In this document: positions 58,318 through 64,000 of the stretch, piece after piece
How positions within the stretch are numbered: position 1 is the first letter of the stretch
Layout of the letters: the number at the start of each line of letters is the position of its first letter
Source of the DNA: an uncultured Verrucomicrobiae bacterium
GTDB taxonomy: Bacteria > Verrucomicrobiota > Verrucomicrobiia > Limisphaerales > JAFGQR01
Direction of reading: 5' to 3'
Assembly: GCA_963788655.1 (NCBI GenBank)
Contig: CAWBHS010000088.1
Coordinates: 224,001-288,000 of the forward strand
DNA: 64,000 bases
The notes under the pieces: generated by a model
The model's database searches: none
Told to the model about the DNA's origin: nothing
Seen by the model: only the letters and a program-made list of their open reading frames with translations
Made by a program: the position numbers and the translations under genes

Positions 58318-59643
58318 GTGACCAGCACCGTTGAAAACATCGATCCCACCACGGTGAAGATCGTGATCGCAGTTTCGGACGAGGAGTTCGCGCCGATGCT
58401 CGCGCACGCCTACGAGCACTTGGGTGAGGGCGTGACGATCCCGGGCTTCCGCAAGGGCAAGGTCCCTGCCAAGATCCTGGAGCAGCGCATCGGCAAGGGC
58501 GCGGCGATTGAGCACGCCATCAACGACGGCCTGCCCGAGTGGTACACGGCCGCGATCGAGGAACACTCGCTGCATCCGATGGGCCAGCCCGACATCGAAC
58601 TGACGCGCGCGCCCGGCGAGGGTGAGGACGGTCTCGAGTTCGCCGCGACCGTCGCCGTGCGCCCCGAATTCACTCTTCCCGACCCCGCGACGCTCACGCT
58701 GAAGATCGGTGCACTCGAGGTCAGCGAGGCGGACATCGACGCCCGCCTCGACAACCTGCGCGCGCGCTTCGGCACGCTCGTTGGCGTGGATCGCCCCGCC
58801 GCCACCGGCGACTTCGTGACGCTCGATCTCACAGCGACGATCGGCGACACCGAGGTCGACGCCGTCCAGGGCACGTCCTACGAGGTGGGCTCGGGCTCCA
58901 TGCTCGAGGGGCTCGACGCCGTCGTCGACGGACTCAGCGCGGGCGAGGAGACGTCGTATGAAGGCCCGCTCGCCGCGGGCGACCACGCGGGCGAGACCGC
59001 GCTGATCCGCGTCAAGGTGACGGCGGTCAAGGAGCGCGAGCTTCCGGAGGCCGACGACGAGTTTGCCCAGCTGGCTTCCGAGTTCGACACGTTGGCCGAG
59101 CTGCGCGAGGACCTGCGCTCGCAGGCCGCGCGGATCCAGCTGAACAACCTCGCGGTGGGCGCGCGCGCGGCGCTGCTGAAGAAGCTGGAGGAGGCGACGG
59201 ACTTCGAGCTTCCCGGCGGAATCGTCGAGCGCGAGGTGCACGATCACCTGGAGAACGAGGGCCGCCTCGAAGACGACGAGCACCGCGCTGAGGTCACCAA
59301 GGAGGCGACCGAGGCGCTGCGCTCGCAGATCCTCCTCGACCAGCTCGCCGAAGACCTGGAGATCGTGGCCGCCGAATACGAGGTCATCGACTACCTGGTG
59401 TCCATGTCGCGCCAGTACGGCATGGACCCCGAGGCGTTCATCGACCAGATGCAACGCGCGAACCGCATCCCCGGCGCCGTCGCCGACGTCGTCCGGTCGA
59501 AGGCTTCCGCCATCGCCCTACGCAAGGCGACCGTCACGGATGACAAGGGCACGGTCATTGACCTCACGCCCGTGATCGGTGACGACGAGACCGACGCTGC
59601 GCGCGAGGCGGAGCACGCGAAGGCGCGCGAGGGTCGATCCTAG
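58318..59643 (+). CDS. tig: Trigger factor
   Basis: IPGFRKGKVP ribosome-binding motif; upstream of clpP. Confidence 0.95.
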   Translation: MTSTVENIDPTTVKIVIAVSDEEFAPMLAHAYEHLGEGVTIPGFRKGKVPAKILEQRIGKGAAIEHAINDGLPEWYTAAIEEHSLHPMGQPDIELTRAPGEGEDGLEFAATVAVRPEFTLPDPATLTLKIGALEVSEADIDARLDNLRARFGTLVGVDRPAATGDFVTLDLTATIGDTEVDAVQGTSYEVGSGSMLEGLDAVVDGLSAGEETSYEGPLAAGDHAGETALIRVKVTAVKERELPEADDEFAQLASEFDTLAELREDLRSQAARIQLNNLAVGARAALLKKLEEATDFELPGGIVEREVHDHLENEGRLEDDEHRAEVTKEATEALRSQILLDQLAEDLEIVAAEYEVIDYLVSMSRQYGMDPEAFIDQMQRANRIPGAVADVVRSKASAIALRKATVTDDKGTVIDLTPVIGDDETDAAREAEHAKAREGRS

Positions 59644-59653
59644 GAACGCCGCC

Positions 59654-60070
59654 CTACGGCGTCGACGAGTAGTACGGCCCCGAGCCCCAGGTCGACATCG
59701 CCCAGACGATGAAGGCTATGTAGGCAATGACTCCGAGGATCATCAACGCACCGATAACGTAGTTGAGGATGAGCCCCGCGAGCCCGACGCCTCGGTAGTC
59801 CGCCTCGCCCCGGTCGGCGGCCCGAATGCCCATATGCCCGAAGACGATTCCCGCGATGTTCGCCACCACGGGCATGAAGAGGCTGACGCCGACGGCGACG
59901 AGCGACACAACGTTCATCCACGACTTCGTCTTGGCGGCCGTGCCGTACCCGTAGGGAGGGGGCGGCGGGGCCATCGGGACGGGTGGAGGGGGCGGCGGCT
60001 GTATCGGAGAGTGGTGCCCACCGAATCGCTTCGTGGAGATGAACGGATCCGGGGGCTCAGGCGTGCTCAT
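59654..60070 (-). CDS. DUF4190 membrane protein
   Basis: Pro-rich N-terminus; GIVFGHMG...GVGLAGLIL. Confidence 0.8.
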   Translation of the reverse strand: MSTPEPPDPFISTKRFGGHHSPIQPPPPPPVPMAPPPPPYGYGTAAKTKSWMNVVSLVAVGVSLFMPVVANIAGIVFGHMGIRAADRGEADYRGVGLAGLILNYVIGALMILGVIAYIAFIVWAMSTWGSGPYYSSTP

Positions 60071-60137
60071 AGAGGTTTCCTTCCTGCGCCGACTCTAGCG
60101 TCGGCCGGCGGGGAGGCGCGCGGCGAAAAACGACGCC

Positions 60138-60153
60138 GTTCCCCCGTAGCGAA
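60138..60153 (+). promoter_or_regulatory. Putative ClgR box
   Basis: GTTCCC-N5-GCGAA, one mismatch to GTTCGC-N5-GCG, upstream of clpP1P2. Confidence 0.55.
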
Positions 60154-60258
60154 AAGCCGTGGATTCGGGCATGGCGACCGGGCGGTGGGCGTTAGTGTCG
60201 AGACATACTCGCTCAGCGTCGGCACGGCGCGGAGACGGACGCAGGTAGGAGGGACGCA

Positions 60259-60882
60259 GTGAACGAGCCGCATATGGCCGGACCCGACGGAATCGGGATG
60301 GGTCTTCAGGACTCAATCTTCAACCGTTTGCTTCGCGAGCGGATCATCTGGCTGGGCTCCGAGGTGCGCGACGACAACGCGAACGCCATCTGCGCCCAGA
60401 TGATGCTCCTGGCCGCAGAGGACCCCGACAAGGACATCTACCTGTACATCAACTCGCCCGGTGGCTCCATCACCGCTGGCATGGCGATCTACGACACGAT
60501 GCAGTACATCAAGCCGGACGTCTCGACGGTCGCCGTCGGCATGGCCGCGTCGATGGGACAGTTCCTGCTTTCGTCCGGCGCCAAGGGCAAGCGGTTCGCG
60601 ACGCCCCACGCCCGCGTCATGATGCACCAGCCCTCCGGCGGCATCGGCGGGACGACGACGGACGTCCGCATCCACGCGGAGCTCATCTTGCACATGAAGA
60701 CCCAACTCGCCGAACTCACGGCCGAGCAGACCGGAAAGTCGATCGAGCAGATCAACAAGGACGCCGACCGCGACCGCTGGTTCACGTCGGACGAGGCCCT
60801 GAAGTACGGGTTCATCGACAAGGTTGTGACACACGAGAGCGAAGCCGGCCCTCGCGCCGACGCGTCGGGAGGCAAGTCGTGA
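60259..60882 (+). CDS. clpP1: ATP-dependent Clp protease proteolytic subunit 1
   Basis: [28 protein letters not shown]. Confidence 0.95.
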   Translation: MNEPHMAGPDGIGMGLQDSIFNRLLRERIIWLGSEVRDDNANAICAQMMLLAAEDPDKDIYLYINSPGGSITAGMAIYDTMQYIKPDVSTVAVGMAASMGQFLLSSGAKGKRFATPHARVMMHQPSGGIGGTTTDVRIHAELILHMKTQLAELTAEQTGKSIEQINKDADRDRWFTSDEALKYGFIDKVVTHESEAGPRADASGGKS

Positions 60883-61514
60883 CCCACGAGATCACCGGTC
60901 GGTACATCCTGCCGTCGTTCGAGGAGCGGACGGCGTACGGCTACAAGACCCAGAACCCCTACTCGAAGCTCTTCGAGGACCGCATCATCTTCCTGGGTGT
61001 TCAGATCGACGACGCCTCCGCTGACGACATCATGGCCCAGCTGCTCGTGCTCGAGTCTCAGGACCCGGACCGCGACATCACGCTGTACATCAACTCGCCC
61101 GGTGGCTCGCAGACCGCGCTCACCGCGATCTACGACACCATGCAGTACATCAAGCCTGAGATCCAGACGGTGTGCCTTGGACAGGCCGCGTCCGCCGCGG
61201 CCGTCCTGCTCGCCGCCGGGACGCCGGGCAAGCGCCTCGCCCTCCCGAACGCGCGGGTGATGATTCACCAGCCGCGCATCGAGGGCGGCGAGCGGGCGCA
61301 GGCCTCGGACATCGAGATCTACGCCGAGGAGATGGTGCGGATGCGCGAGTGGCTCGAGGAGACGCTCGCTCACCACACCGGCCAGAAGGCGGAGAAGATC
61401 CGCGAGGACATCGAGCGCGACACGTTCCTGAGCGCCAAGCAGGCCAAGGAGTACGGCTTCGTCGACCAGGTGCTCGATAGCCGCAAGGGCTCCGAACCCG
61501 TCGTCACCCCGTAG
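60879..61514 (+). CDS. clpP2: ATP-dependent Clp protease proteolytic subunit 2
   Basis: [35 protein letters not shown]. Confidence 0.95.
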   Translation: MTHEITGRYILPSFEERTAYGYKTQNPYSKLFEDRIIFLGVQIDDASADDIMAQLLVLESQDPDRDITLYINSPGGSQTALTAIYDTMQYIKPEIQTVCLGQAASAAAVLLAAGTPGKRLALPNARVMIHQPRIEGGERAQASDIEIYAEEMVRMREWLEETLAHHTGQKAEKIREDIERDTFLSAKQAKEYGFVDQVLDSRKGSEPVVTP

Positions 61515-61654
61515 CCGACCCCGCCGTCGGCCGCTACGTCGCGGCGGCGCGTCGCTCGTCAAGCCCCTATGGGCGTAGGTAGCCTGAAGGGGCGTGCTGG
61601 TGCACGTCTCTGGGTGCGTGCGCGCGCCTGAACCGCGAGCGGAAGGAGGGTGCC

Positions 61655-62971
<1,317 letters not shown>

Positions 62972-62989
62972 GAGGATCGAGCTGGGAAT

Positions 62990-63009
62990 ACATACCCTAG
63001 GGGGTATGT
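62990..63009. promoter_or_regulatory. CsoR-family-type operator
   Basis: ACATACCC-TAGG-GGGTATGT dyad ~57 nt before the SQR-like start. Confidence 0.8.
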
Positions 63010-63066
63010 TCATTCCGGGGGAACCGCGCCGATGCGGCACCCTTTGAGCGAGAGAAGGTGATCTCC

Positions 63067-64000
63067 TTGGCCCGCGTTGTCGTTCTAGGAGCCGGCGTCT
63101 CCGGCCACACCGCCGCCCTGTACCTCCGCAAGCGCCTCCCGCGCGCGCACGAGGTCGTGGTCGTCAGCCCCAACTCCCAGTACAACTGGATTCCCTCCAA
63201 CATCTGGGTGGGCGTCGGCAAGATGAAGACCGACGACGTCGTCTTCCCGCTCGCTCCCATCTACAAGAAGAAGGGCATCACGTTCGTGCAGGCCAAGGCC
63301 TTCGCGCTCTGGCCCGAGGGCGACGCCGACGACGCCCAGCCCGCCGTCGAGGTGGAGCACACCTCCGCCGAGCATGCGGGGGAGACCGAGAAGCTCCGGT
63401 ACGACTACCTGATCAACGCGACCGGCCCCAAGCTCAACTTCGCGGCCACTCCGGGGCTCGGCCCCGACGACGGCCACACGCTGTCCGTCTGCACGCCGTC
63501 CCACGCCACCGACGCCTCGGCGAAACTTGACGAACTCATCTCGCAACTGCGCGACGGGGCGAACAAGCGCGTCGTCATCGGCGTCGGCCATGGGACCTGC
63601 ACGTGCGAGGGGGCGGCGTTCGAGTACACGTTCAACGTCGAGCACGAGCTGCGGGCCGCGGGAGTGCGCGACCAGGTCGAGCTCGTGTACCTCACGAACG
63701 AGAACGAGCTCGGCGACTTCGGGGTGGGGGGCATGCAGTTCGAGCAGAACGGCTACCGCACCTCGAGTCAGCTCTGGACCGAGAGCCTGTTCCGCGAACG
63801 CGACGTCAAGGCCATCACCGGTGCGGCCGTCACGACGATCGACCCGGGCGTGATCCACTACGACCAGCTCGACGGCACGCACAACACGCTCGAGTACGAC
63901 TTCGCCATGCTGCTCCCGCCGTTCCGTGGGGCGGACTGGAAGGCGTTCGACCGCGCGGGCGCGGACATCACCGACACGGTGTTCGCGCCCGAGCGGGTTC
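63067..64000 (+). CDS. sqr: Sulfide:quinone oxidoreductase-like flavoprotein, 3'-truncated
   Basis: TTG start; MARVVVLGAGVSG, WIPSNIWVGVG, YDYLINATGP, SVCTP.HA, GHGTCTCEGAAFEY; frame open to window end (absent from the ORF track). Confidence 0.8.
   Translation, partial: MARVVVLGAGVSGHTAALYLRKRLPRAHEVVVVSPNSQYNWIPSNIWVGVGKMKTDDVVFPLAPIYKKKGITFVQAKAFALWPEGDADDAQPAVEVEHTSAEHAGETEKLRYDYLINATGPKLNFAATPGLGPDDGHTLSVCTPSHATDASAKLDELISQLRDGANKRVVIGVGHGTCTCEGAAFEYTFNVEHELRAAGVRDQVELVYLTNENELGDFGVGGMQFEQNGYRTSSQLWTESLFRERDVKAITGAAVTTIDPGVIHYDQLDGTHNTLEYDFAMLLPPFRGADWKAFDRAGADITDTVFAPERV

Overview
High-GC actinobacterial chromosomal segment (Micrococcales-like gene content; taxon not determinable with certainty). 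The right end holds the conserved tRNA-Gly/tRNA-Pro...tig-clpP1-clpP2-clpX block, then a truncated sulfide:quinone oxidoreductase-like gene. The middle holds cysK-cysE, rpiB, an M13 peptidase, trmL, a trpB2-type gene, an ABC-F, MalY/PatB, an Eis-like acetyltransferase and several ABC/MFS transporters with local regulators (MarR, MerR, TetR, GntR, ECF sigma). The left ~20 kb is accessory and contains several apparent frameshifts. Most notable: (1) a translationally coupled three-gene operon with an unannotated 58-aa membrane peptide, a 4-helix cytochrome b6-like protein and a subunit-IV-like partner, with no Rieske or cytochrome c gene. It shares a CsoR-family-type ATACCC-N4-GGGTAT box with the SQR and DUF2892 genes, suggesting a sulfur- or metal-responsive electron-transfer module. 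(2) An unannotated Cys/Met-rich 40-aa leader ORF ahead of cysK-cysE. (3) An SDR plus ERG4/ERG24-type sterol reductase operon whose last 98 bp are duplicated 2.2 kb away around a cassette. (4) Two DUF222-HNH genes with identically spaced RecA-NDp/PafBC-like promoters. (5) A GTCAAC-N2-GTTGAC palindrome found three times around a MarR gene and the SDR/SGNH promoter. All assignments come from motif recognition by eye; no searches were run.
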